Shown: one piece after another, positions 15,679 through 24,543 of the stretch
Layout: the number at the start of each line of letters is the position of its first letter
Numbering within the stretch: the first letter of the stretch is position 1
NCBI RefSeq assembly: GCF_000007985.2
Contig: NC_002939.5
Location: forward strand, 3,420,001 to 3,452,000
DNA: 32,000 bases
Direction of reading: 5' to 3'
DNA from: Geobacter sulfurreducens PCA
GTDB taxonomy: Bacteria; Desulfobacterota; Desulfuromonadia; Geobacterales; Geobacteraceae
Made by a program: the position numbers and the translations under genes
The notes under the pieces: generated by a model
Database searches by the model: none
Seen by the model: only the letters and a program-made list of their open reading frames with translations
Told to the model about the DNA's origin: nothing

Positions 15679-18132
15679 TTATGGCACACCATCCTCGGAG
15701 GATTCACCATCGTAAGCGGTCGGTTCGGTGCCCGCAATGAAGCACTCCTGCACGGCGCCGTCGCTTCCCTCCCGGGCCAGCCGACCGGTGCGGGGATTGA
15801 TGGTGGCAAAAGTAACGTTGGGAGGCGTCTCGAAGTCGCGGGAAGGAATCCCGGCCACCGCCCGCCGCATGAATTCGGTCCAGATGGGAGCCGCAGCCTG
15901 TCCGCCCGATCCGCCGGCCCCCAGGGAGCGCTCCTGATCGTAGCCGACCCAGACTCCGGCCACCAGTTGGGGGATGTACCCCACGAACCATGCATCTTTC
16001 ATATCGTTGGTGGTTCCGGTCTTGCCGGCCACCGGCCGGCCGACGGCCCTGGCGCGCTGTCCGGTACCGCTCTGGACAACGCTTTCCATGAGATTGGTCA
16101 TGATGTAGGCGGTTTCAGGCGCAATCACCGGCACCGCCGTTGACGCCGAGTCCCCGGCCGTGGCCGGAGGGGCGGGCGACGCCTCGAGGGGAGACGATTC
16201 GGCCGACGTCATGACGGAGAATCTGGGAATGACCGGCGGTGCTGTTTCCTCAAGAGTCCGCCCTTCCGCATCCTCGACCCTGGTGACGAAGTAGGGGGTG
16301 GTCCGATACCCGCCCGAAGCGAACACCGCGTAGGCAGAGGTCAGCTCAAGAGGGGTAAGACTGGAAGAGCCCAGGGCCAGGGTCAGGTTGGCCGAAAGGG
16401 GAGACGTTATGCCCAGCTTCTTGGCGTACTCGATGGCATAGTCCACGCCGATCTGCTCCAGGATCTTGACGCTCACCACGTTGATGGAGTTGGTGAGGGC
16501 CTCCCGCATGGTCACGTTGCCCCGGTAGATGTTGTCGTAGTTTTTGGGTTTCCAGGCCTTTTCCTTGCCGCTTTCATACTCCACCGGCGAGTCGTCGAAG
16601 ATGGTGGCAGGGGTAATCCCCTTGTCCAGGGCGGCGGCATAGATAAGCGGCTTGAACGCGGAGCCGGGATTACGCTTTGCCTGCAATGCCCGGTTGAACT
16701 GGCTTTTGCGGAAGTCGTACCCCCCGACCATCGCCTTGACCGCGCCGGAGAGGGGATCCAGCGCCACCACTGCCGCCTGGGCCTCGGGTTCCTGATCAAG
16801 GGCAAAGACAGCCCCTTTCTTGTCCGCGTCGGGGGTAACGACCGATACGAGGATCACGCTGCCGAGCGACAGGAATTTACCCTTCACCTCCTGCTTGCCC
16901 CAGGCGTTCACCAACTGCACCTTGCCGGCCCAGGCCATATTCTTGCGCGAGAGAGTGCCGGTGCGGTCACCGACCCGTACGGTCACGTCCCCCCGGACGG
17001 GGTCCACGGCGGTGACCACCCCCTGGTAGGTGGCTCCCTGCTTGAGAGAAACAGTATCGATGCCGTCTTCCACCTTATCGCAGACTGCAGCCACCGCAGC
17101 CTCGGCCAGATAGGCCGTTGCGCCGCGGAATCCCTGCCGCTTGTCCACGTTCTTGAGACCGTTCACCACCGCCTCATAGGCCGCCTTCTGCATCTCGGCG
17201 TTCATGGTGGTGTAAATCCGCAACCCTTCCTTGTAAAGCTGCTCCTCACCGTAGCGGTCTTCCAAGGCGATCCGGATATGCTCCAGGAAATAGGCGGACT
17301 GTTCGCTGTTGACCTTCTTCATGGACTGGATGACGATGGGAGTGGCCCGGGCATGATCCGCCTCGGCCTGGGTGACGTAGCCTTCCTTTACCATCCGTTC
17401 AAGGACATAGGCCTGGCGTTCCCGCGCCCGGTCAAGATGCTTGATGGGAGAATAGGCGTTGGGGGCCTTGGGCAAGCCTGCGAGCATTGCCATTTCGGCC
17501 AGGTTCAGTTGCTCGACGTTCTTGCCGAAGTAGGTCTCCGCCGCCACCTGGACGCCGTACGAACCGGCGCCAAGATAAATCTGGTTCAGATATATATAGA
17601 GGATATCGTCCTTGGAAAGCCGCTCCTCCATCCGTTTGGCGAGAACCGCCTCCTTGAGTTTGCGGGTGTAGCTCTTCTCGGGGGTAAGGAGCATTGACTT
17701 GGCCACTTGCTGGGTAATGGTCGATGCCCCCTCTTTTTTGCGCAGGGAGATGAGGTTTTTAACCGCGGCCCGGACAATGCCCACGTAATCCAGACCCTTG
17801 TGCTGGTAGAAGTTGGAATCCTCGGCCGAGACAAAAGCCTGGACGAGCCGGCGAGGCAGCTTCTCCACCGGCACCACCGTCCGCCGTTCCAGATAGAACT
17901 CTCCCACCAGGCTCCCATCGTCGCCGAAAACCTGGGAAACGATGGGAGGCTTGTAATCGGCCAACCGGTCCACTTTCGGGAGGGTCGCCATGAGGTAGAA
18001 CAGATATCCCCCCAGCGCGAGCAGGGCTGCCACCGCAAGACATATCGATGTTATAGCAACAATTTTCAATGGACTTTTGCCCCGTCGACGGTTTATGTTC
18101 CGGGGACCGGGGTTCTGCCTACCAACTGTCAT
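15679..18132 (-). CDS. mrcA: class A penicillin-binding protein 1A (glycosyltransferase plus transpeptidase)
   Basis: GT51 motifs SAEDSNFYQHKGLD and GASTITQQVAK are present. Transpeptidase motifs are SAFKP, SIN and KTGTTND. N-terminal TM anchor. Confidence 0.93.
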   Translation of the reverse strand: MTVGRQNPGPRNINRRRGKSPLKIVAITSICLAVAALLALGGYLFYLMATLPKVDRLADYKPPIVSQVFGDDGSLVGEFYLERRTVVPVEKLPRRLVQAFVSAEDSNFYQHKGLDYVGIVRAAVKNLISLRKKEGASTITQQVAKSMLLTPEKSYTRKLKEAVLAKRMEERLSKDDILYIYLNQIYLGAGSYGVQVAAETYFGKNVEQLNLAEMAMLAGLPKAPNAYSPIKHLDRARERQAYVLERMVKEGYVTQAEADHARATPIVIQSMKKVNSEQSAYFLEHIRIALEDRYGEEQLYKEGLRIYTTMNAEMQKAAYEAVVNGLKNVDKRQGFRGATAYLAEAAVAAVCDKVEDGIDTVSLKQGATYQGVVTAVDPVRGDVTVRVGDRTGTLSRKNMAWAGKVQLVNAWGKQEVKGKFLSLGSVILVSVVTPDADKKGAVFALDQEPEAQAAVVALDPLSGAVKAMVGGYDFRKSQFNRALQAKRNPGSAFKPLIYAAALDKGITPATIFDDSPVEYESGKEKAWKPKNYDNIYRGNVTMREALTNSINVVSVKILEQIGVDYAIEYAKKLGITSPLSANLTLALGSSSLTPLELTSAYAVFASGGYRTTPYFVTRVEDAEGRTLEETAPPVIPRFSVMTSAESSPLEASPAPPATAGDSASTAVPVIAPETAYIMTNLMESVVQSGTGQRARAVGRPVAGKTGTTNDMKDAWFVGYIPQLVAGVWVGYDQERSLGAGGSGGQAAAPIWTEFMRRAVAGIPSRDFETPPNVTFATINPRTGRLAREGSDGAVQECFIAGTEPTAYDGESSEDGVP

Positions 18133-18245
18133 CGAGCGCCACCAAATTCCCTGATTTGAAGATGTTGAACCCGTAACGTGTCACCTTAGCGCAGAGGCGT
18201 CGAACAGTTCAAGAAGATTATGGTAAAGGAGGATGAACAGGAGCC

Positions 18246-19274
18246 ATGAGCAAAAAACTCACGTTTCAGCACTCCCTGGCCGTATGTATCGGCATTCTGG
18301 CAGGAGCCGCCGTCCTCGGCGCAACGGCCCACGCGGCGGAAATCGTCCCCTTCAGAACCATAAACATGAGCCCTCTGGCACTCATCCACCCCGCCCCCGC
18401 GGCCGGAAGCGCCCGGTTGCTCGCACCGCGGGAGACAGAGGTAACGCTTATTGCCGATGCCGCCAACAACTTCGCCATCGACAGCAACGCCAACGAATCG
18501 GTCCACCTGGACGGCGAAACCTACCGCGTGGCGCTGGACCTTCGTTACGGCGTGGCCCCCTGGTTCGAGGCGGGCATCCAGGTTCCCTTCATCGGCGCAT
18601 CAGGCGGGGCTCTGGACAGCTTTGTGGAAGGGTTCCACAAGGTGTTCGACTTCAACAACGGCGGCCGGGACAAGTATCCACAGGACGAGCTGCTCTTCAG
18701 CTATCATCGCGATGGCACAGAACGGCTCCACTACGACGACGGCGGCTTCGGCATCGGCGACGTCAGACTCAATGCGGCGGTACGGCTTCATGAGGGGACA
18801 GGGGAATCGCGGACGTCGCTGGCCCTGCGCGGATCGCTCAAGCTTCCGACAGGGGAGAGCAGCAGGCTGAGGGGAAGCGGCGGGACTGACTTCGCCCTCT
18901 GGCTCACGGGCAGCACTGACCTGCCGGTGGGGGAATGGGGGCACCTTACCTTTTTCGGTGCCGGTGGGGGGATGGTAATGGGTGATGGGGACGTGCTGGC
19001 CGACCAGCAACGGAACGCGGCGGGATTCGGCACCCTCGGCTTCGGCTGGAGCCCCGCTTCCTGGATCGCCCTCAAGGTCCAGGGAGATTGGCACTCCGCC
19101 TTTTACGGCACATCGGGTCTCCGGGAGCTGGGCAGCGACACCATCACCATCACCAGCGGCGGCACCATCGCCTTTTCGGACCGGACCGCCCTTGACATCG
19201 GGGTGGCGGAGGACGCAAGTGTCAAGACGGCGCCGGACGTGGTGTTCCATCTGGCACTGTCACACCGGTTCTGA
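18246..19274 (+). CDS. outer-membrane beta-barrel-like protein, tentatively DUF3187 family
   Basis: Signal peptide ends AHAAE. Alternating beta-strand pattern, and the C-terminus ends ...HLALSHRF (aromatic terminal residue typical of OMPs). The family assignment is from memory of DUF3187-like motifs and was not verified. Confidence 0.6.
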   Translation: MSKKLTFQHSLAVCIGILAGAAVLGATAHAAEIVPFRTINMSPLALIHPAPAAGSARLLAPRETEVTLIADAANNFAIDSNANESVHLDGETYRVALDLRYGVAPWFEAGIQVPFIGASGGALDSFVEGFHKVFDFNNGGRDKYPQDELLFSYHRDGTERLHYDDGGFGIGDVRLNAAVRLHEGTGESRTSLALRGSLKLPTGESSRLRGSGGTDFALWLTGSTDLPVGEWGHLTFFGAGGGMVMGDGDVLADQQRNAAGFGTLGFGWSPASWIALKVQGDWHSAFYGTSGLRELGSDTITITSGGTIAFSDRTALDIGVAEDASVKTAPDVVFHLALSHRF

Positions 19275-19277
19275 ACC

Positions 19278-19760
19278 TCAGGGGGCCTTGCGCCGCTCCT
19301 CCCGGATCATGTCGACGGCAAGGAGCGCCACCCCCACGCAGATGGCCGAATCGGCCACATTGAACGCGGGCCAGTGATACGTCTTCCAGTAGACGTCCAG
19401 GAAATCGATCACCTCGCCGAGCCTGACCCGGTCGATGAGGTTGCCGAGGGCGCCCGAGAAGATGAGCGCGAGCGCGGCGGCCGCCAGGTGCTGGTCGTCC
19501 CGAAGCTTGCGGAACGTAACAGCTATCACCCCTAGGGCCACCACCGAAACCAGGATGAAGAAGGGGAGCCGGTAGGAAAAATCCGCCAGAAAGCTGAACG
19601 CGGCCCCCCGATTCCGCAGGTAGGTGATGCTGAACAATCCGTCGATAACAGGAATCGACTGGTAAAGATCCATGGTGCGGTCGATGAGGACCTTCGTCGC
19701 CTGGTCGAGAACGAGGGAGCCCAGCACCACTGCATTGAAGATGCGATAGGTCGGCTTCAT
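19278..19760 (-). CDS. lspA: lipoprotein signal peptidase II
   Basis: Contains NRGAAFS, GNLIDR and FNVADSAI motifs, and sits immediately downstream of ileS in the conserved ileS-lspA arrangement. I chose the start at ATG 19760 (MKPTYRIF...). Confidence 0.92.
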   Translation of the reverse strand: MKPTYRIFNAVVLGSLVLDQATKVLIDRTMDLYQSIPVIDGLFSITYLRNRGAAFSFLADFSYRLPFFILVSVVALGVIAVTFRKLRDDQHLAAAALALIFSGALGNLIDRVRLGEVIDFLDVYWKTYHWPAFNVADSAICVGVALLAVDMIREERRKAP

Positions 19761-19765
19761 ACAGG

Positions 19766-22537
19766 CTACTTGACCGCCGCTGCGCACTTGGGGCACAGGG
19801 TCGGATGCTCGCTGTCGCCGCCGATCTCCTCGTCGTAGTGCCAGCAGCGCTCACACTTCTCGCCAGGCGCGGCACTGACCCCGATCCTCAGCCCGCTTAC
19901 CCCTTCCGCTGCCGGGTAGTCGCCGGCCCCCTCCTCCACCAGATCCACCCGTGAAACGATGAAAATCGTGGACAGTTCTCCGGCATACTCCTGCAGGAAC
20001 GACAGCAGCCCAGGCTCGGCCGCCAGCGTCACTGCCGCGTCCAGGGAGTGACCGATGGTCTTCTGCACCCGGGCCTGCTCCAGGGCCTTGGACACATCGC
20101 CCCGCACCGCCATGATCCGGGCCCACCGCTCCACCAGGGATTCATCCTTCCACTCGGGGCGGAACTCGGGGAAGGTTGCCAGGTGGACGCTGGATTCGGA
20201 CCGCTTCGGCATGTACCCCCACACCTCGTCGGCCGTAAAGGAGAGAACCGGGGCCATGAGCGTGACTAGGGATTCGAGCACCAGGTACATGACGCTCTGG
20301 GCGCTGCGGCGCTCCGGGGCATCCTTTCTGCTCGTGTAGCGCTCCTTGATGATGTCCAGATAGAAGGCGCTCATCTCCACGGTGCAGAAGCCGTTCACCG
20401 CGTGGTAGAGAATATGGAACTCGTACTCGTTGTAGGCTGCGGCGACCTTTTCCTTCAGCACCTCAAGCTGGTGCAGGGCCCACCGGTCCAGTTCGGTCAT
20501 CCGGTCGTAGGGGACCATGTCCACGTCTGGATCGAAGTCGTTCAGGTTCCCCAGCAGGTAGCGGCAGGTATTGCGGATCCGGCGGTAGGCCTCGGCCAGG
20601 CGGGTAAGGATTTCCTGTGAAATCCTGACGTCGTCCCGGTAGTCCTGGGCGGCCACCCAGAGACGGAGGATCTCGGCGCCGTATTTCTTGATCACTTCCT
20701 CCGGGGCCACCACGTTCCCCACCGACTTGCTCATCTTCCGGCCGGAGCCGTCCACCACGAAGCCGTGGGTGAGCACCTCACGGTACGGCGCAACCCCGCG
20801 GGTGCCGACGGAAGCCAGAAGCGACGAATGGAACCAGCCCCGGTGCTGATCGCTCCCCTCCAGATACATGTTGGCCGGCGAGCCCAGTTCGGGGCGGTTT
20901 TCCAGAACCGCGGCGTGGGAAACGCCGGAGTCGAACCAGACGTCCAGAATGTCCATTTCCTTTTCGAAAGCGCTCTTGCCGCACTGGGGGCAGACAGTCC
21001 CCGGTGGGAGAAGCTCGGCGGCCTCCTTCTCGTACCAGAGGTCGGCCCCCCCCGCCATGAAGAGATCGGCCACGTGATGCATGGTCTTGCCGTCGGCCAG
21101 GATTTCGCCGCACTCGGTGCAGTAGAAGGCGGTGATGGGTACACCCCAGGAACGCTGGCGGGAGATGCACCAGTCGGGACGGTTCTCGATCATGCCGTGA
21201 ATCCGCTCCCGCCCCCACTTGGGCACCCAGGATACCCGGTCGATCTCCGTGAGGGCCTTCTGCCGCAGGTCGTTCTTCTCCATGGAGATGAACCACTGCT
21301 CCGTGGCCCGGAAGATGATCGGCTTCTTGCACCGCCAGCAGTGGGGGTAGGAGTGCTCCACGCTCCCCTGGCCCACCAGCGCACCCACTTCCCGGAGCTT
21401 CTCCATGACTGCGGCATTGGCGTCAAACACGAACATGCCGCCGAAGAATTCCAGGCTCTGGATATAGCGGCCCCGGTTGTCAACCGGGTTATAGATATCG
21501 AGCCCCTCCACCAGGGCCAGTTCGTAGTCTTCCTGGCCGTGGCCGGGCGCGGTGTGGACGCAGCCGGTACCCGCGTCCAGGGTCACGTGCTCACCCAGCA
21601 GAACGATGGAATCCCGGTCGTAGAAGGGGTGTTTGCACCGCTTCCGGTACAGGATATCCGCCCGGAAGGTGGCGATCACATCCCCTTGCACGCCAGTGGC
21701 GGCCATGAAGGCGTCCTTCAGTCCCTCGGCCACCACGAGCACCTCGCCGCCGGTCTCCAAGGCCACGTAGTCCAGCTCCGGATGGAGGGCAACGGCCAGG
21801 TTGGCGGGAATAGTCCAGGGAGTGGTGGTCCAGATGACCAGCGACACCCTCTTTCCGGCCAGGGCCGGCACGGCGCCGCCGATATCGTCCTGGAGGAGGA
21901 ACTTCACATAGATGGAGGGAGAAGTCTTGTCGGCATACTCCACCTCGGCCTCCGCCAGGGCCGTGACGCAGGAGGAGCACCAGTGGACCGGCTTTTTCCC
22001 CTTGTAGAGGCCGCCGTTCTCGGCAAAGCGGGCCAGTTCCCGGGCGGTGATTCCCTCGTAATCGTAACTCATGGTGAGGTAGGGACGATCCCAGTCGCCC
22101 AGGACCCCGAGCCGCTCGAATTCCGCCCGCTGGACATGTACGAACTTTTCGGCATACTCCCGGCATTGCTTGCGCATCTGGAGCTTGGTGGTCTCGTGCT
22201 TTTTCGACCCCAGGTTCTTCTCCACCTGGAGCTCGATGGGCAGGCCGTGGCAGTCCCAGCCCGGCACATAGGGGGCGTCGAACCCCTGCATCCGCTTGCT
22301 CTTGAGGATGATATCCTTGAGGATCTTGTTGAGGGCGTGGCCGATGTGGATATGGCCGTTGGCGTAGGGAGGCCCGTCGTGGAGGACGTACCGCGGCTTG
22401 CCCTTGCCCGCTTTGGCGATCGTGCCGTACAGGTCGCCCTGCTGCCACGCGGCGAGGATCTCCGGCTCCCGCTGGGGAAGGTTGGCCTTCATGGGGAAAT
22501 CGGTGACCGGCAGGTTGAGGGTGCTCTTGTAATCCAT
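19766..22537 (-). CDS. ileS: isoleucine--tRNA ligase (type 1, with C-terminal Zn finger)
   Basis: Begins MDYKSTLNLP. Contains HIGH (PYANGHIHIGHA), KMSKS and C-terminal CERCWHY...CPKC. I chose the start at ATG 22537 with a GGAGGA RBS rather than the ORF-track start at 22618. Confidence 0.96.
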   Translation of the reverse strand: MDYKSTLNLPVTDFPMKANLPQREPEILAAWQQGDLYGTIAKAGKGKPRYVLHDGPPYANGHIHIGHALNKILKDIILKSKRMQGFDAPYVPGWDCHGLPIELQVEKNLGSKKHETTKLQMRKQCREYAEKFVHVQRAEFERLGVLGDWDRPYLTMSYDYEGITARELARFAENGGLYKGKKPVHWCSSCVTALAEAEVEYADKTSPSIYVKFLLQDDIGGAVPALAGKRVSLVIWTTTPWTIPANLAVALHPELDYVALETGGEVLVVAEGLKDAFMAATGVQGDVIATFRADILYRKRCKHPFYDRDSIVLLGEHVTLDAGTGCVHTAPGHGQEDYELALVEGLDIYNPVDNRGRYIQSLEFFGGMFVFDANAAVMEKLREVGALVGQGSVEHSYPHCWRCKKPIIFRATEQWFISMEKNDLRQKALTEIDRVSWVPKWGRERIHGMIENRPDWCISRQRSWGVPITAFYCTECGEILADGKTMHHVADLFMAGGADLWYEKEAAELLPPGTVCPQCGKSAFEKEMDILDVWFDSGVSHAAVLENRPELGSPANMYLEGSDQHRGWFHSSLLASVGTRGVAPYREVLTHGFVVDGSGRKMSKSVGNVVAPEEVIKKYGAEILRLWVAAQDYRDDVRISQEILTRLAEAYRRIRNTCRYLLGNLNDFDPDVDMVPYDRMTELDRWALHQLEVLKEKVAAAYNEYEFHILYHAVNGFCTVEMSAFYLDIIKERYTSRKDAPERRSAQSVMYLVLESLVTLMAPVLSFTADEVWGYMPKRSESSVHLATFPEFRPEWKDESLVERWARIMAVRGDVSKALEQARVQKTIGHSLDAAVTLAAEPGLLSFLQEYAGELSTIFIVSRVDLVEEGAGDYPAAEGVSGLRIGVSAAPGEKCERCWHYDEEIGGDSEHPTLCPKCAAAVK

Positions 22538-22656
22538 TGGTTCCTCCACGTTCGGATATGCGCGCCCCGCCACGGCGGGAAAACGTCTAACGCTACTCAC
22601 AAACCGTCGAAAAGTCAAGCATTGGTACCGGAGAACGAAACCATGCGGCCGTGCCG

Positions 22657-22685
22657 TTGACCGCAGGGAGTAGTGAAGATAGAAT
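22657..22685 (+). promoter_or_regulatory. candidate promoter of the cytochrome gene
   Basis: TTGACC (22657-22662), 17 nt, TAGAAT (22680-22685). Confidence 0.45.
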
Positions 22686-22739
22686 GGTGATACCTGTCGC
22701 TGCTTTACTGTTTTGTGCGGTATGGATGGAGGTTAGCGA

Positions 22740-24515
22740 ATGCTTAGACTGTTGGCGGGGAATATCGCGCTGGCTGCCCTCGCGGTCGCGGCAACCGGTG
22801 GAACGGCGACTGCTGCCACGCCTCCCGCCGCCGGATCGGGATGCGTCGGCTGCCACGGCAACCCCTCGATCATGAAAAAGCTGGGCTATCCCCACTTCAC
22901 CGTCACCCCTCAAGAGGTCAGGGCCCAGACCGGCATGCCGGCCGACTGCCACCTCTGCCACGGCGGGAGCCCCGATGCCAAAGAGAAAGACAAGGCCCAT
23001 GCCGGCATGGGACGGCTCGTGGCAGTGCGGAAAAAGGGGCTCACCGGAGAGACGGTCGAGCGAAAGCACCCCCTTTCCCTGGGCAGCAACCCCATGGAGC
23101 GGATCAAGCTCATGACCGACAAGGCCGGAACCGCCGCGCCGGACCAGAGCGTAAGCATCATCCTGTGGCAGGACAAGCGCACCGACACCCTGTCTCAGGA
23201 CTTCGGGCGCATGGAGAAGAGTTGCGGAGCCTGCCACGCGCGGCAGTTTGCCGAGTTCACCAGGAGCACCATGGCCCGTAACGGCAAACAAAGCGCCTAC
23301 CGCACCTGGACGGACCGGGAGCGGGGCCCCCACAACTGCGGGGCTTGGTTCGGCGACAACCATGAAGCCATCGCCGCAAATACGGCGGCCCCCTTCGATC
23401 GGGCCACCAACGCACTCAACCAGCGCCAGTGCAATACCTGCCACGTGGGATGTCTCGACTGCCACTACGACCCTCAACCAGCGGACCCCGCCGACCCGAA
23501 AAAGGGAATGCACGGCTTCCGCAGAACTCCCCCGCCCGAAAGCTGCTACGGCGGAGGCAGGGGGCAGACCTGCCACGCGGGGCCCGAGGAACGGCGGCGC
23601 GGGGCGGGATATTTCGGCGGCGTCTATGCCAACCCGGAGGGGGCGCCCCCTGATGTTCATCTGCAGGCAAAGGTCGCCTGCCTCGACTGCCACGAGTCGA
23701 GCCGCAACGGCAACGGGCTGACCCACGCCATGGTGAAGCGCCAGGCGGCCTGCGACCGGTGCCACGGGGCAATCGTGGCCAGTCACGGGACATCCGTTCA
23801 TCGTACCCTTACCTGCGAGGCCTGCCACGTGCGGAATGTGGGCGGCTACCAGGGGACCTACTGGGGGCCGGGAATCCTGGGGGGAATCGGCACGCCGTTC
23901 TTCAAGTACAAGGAATACTATGGGATCATGGACGATCCGATCCTGATCCGCAACCAGAAAGGGCGGTGGATTCCGGTAAAGCCTTACCCCATGGCCGTGA
24001 TGAACGTGAAGGACGCCGGACTCAAACCCGGCCTCCACTGGCGCTGGCCCGCCACGCTGCCCGATCTGGAGCGGACCGACGATGCCTACGGCTACGTGGG
24101 CCTCGTGGGTGGCCTGCCGGAAAACAACAAGGCGCTCCTCTGGATCCAGATGGACAAGGTCTCTCACAAGTACGGCCCGCCCCGGCCGTGCGACTCGTGC
24201 CACGGTGCTGCCGACGGCGCCCAGCGCCGGGAGGTGGACTGGGATTTTACCGATGCCGGAGCCCTTCCTTTCAGCGGCAGCCATACGGTGGTGGCCGATG
24301 CCAGGGGGCTCGCCATCCACAACATATCGACACAGGAGCGGATCGAGACGACCGCGGGCACGACCGTCTCCAGCTTTGCACCCTGGTTCTACCTGAAGAA
24401 CGCGTGGACCATTCCGGGCGATTTCTCCCTGCCGACCATCGGGGATCGTACCCGGTACGAGCGGTTCAAGGACAACCGCGACGTCGCCCGTAACGCCGGT
24501 ATAATTCACCGCTGA
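22740..24515 (+). CDS. secreted multihaem c-type cytochrome (9 CXXCH, plus one possible CX8CH)
   Basis: Signal peptide MLRLLAGNIALAALAVAATGG. CXXCH motifs are CVGCH, CHLCH, CGACH, CNTCH, CLDCH, CLDCH, CDRCH, CEACH and CDSCH. An atypical CYGGGRGQTCH is at 23544-23576. GGAGG RBS is present. Confidence 0.9.
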   Translation: MLRLLAGNIALAALAVAATGGTATAATPPAAGSGCVGCHGNPSIMKKLGYPHFTVTPQEVRAQTGMPADCHLCHGGSPDAKEKDKAHAGMGRLVAVRKKGLTGETVERKHPLSLGSNPMERIKLMTDKAGTAAPDQSVSIILWQDKRTDTLSQDFGRMEKSCGACHARQFAEFTRSTMARNGKQSAYRTWTDRERGPHNCGAWFGDNHEAIAANTAAPFDRATNALNQRQCNTCHVGCLDCHYDPQPADPADPKKGMHGFRRTPPPESCYGGGRGQTCHAGPEERRRGAGYFGGVYANPEGAPPDVHLQAKVACLDCHESSRNGNGLTHAMVKRQAACDRCHGAIVASHGTSVHRTLTCEACHVRNVGGYQGTYWGPGILGGIGTPFFKYKEYYGIMDDPILIRNQKGRWIPVKPYPMAVMNVKDAGLKPGLHWRWPATLPDLERTDDAYGYVGLVGGLPENNKALLWIQMDKVSHKYGPPRPCDSCHGAADGAQRREVDWDFTDAGALPFSGSHTVVADARGLAIHNISTQERIETTAGTTVSSFAPWFYLKNAWTIPGDFSLPTIGDRTRYERFKDNRDVARNAGIIHR

Positions 24516-24543
24516 CCGCCACGAGAGGGTCAACGAGGACTCC

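Noticed and set aside
20765-22660. 631-aa plus-strand ORF
   Set aside because: It is antisense to ileS, which has HIGH, KMSKS and Zn-finger motifs on the minus strand.
22538-22739. Possible regulatory leader (T-box, Ile-rich leader peptide, attenuator) upstream of ileS
   Set aside because: The minus-strand leader contains only a 5-bp CCCGC/GCGGG hairpin without a U-tract. It has no Ile-rich mini-ORF. I found only ordinary divergent promoter-like hexamers.
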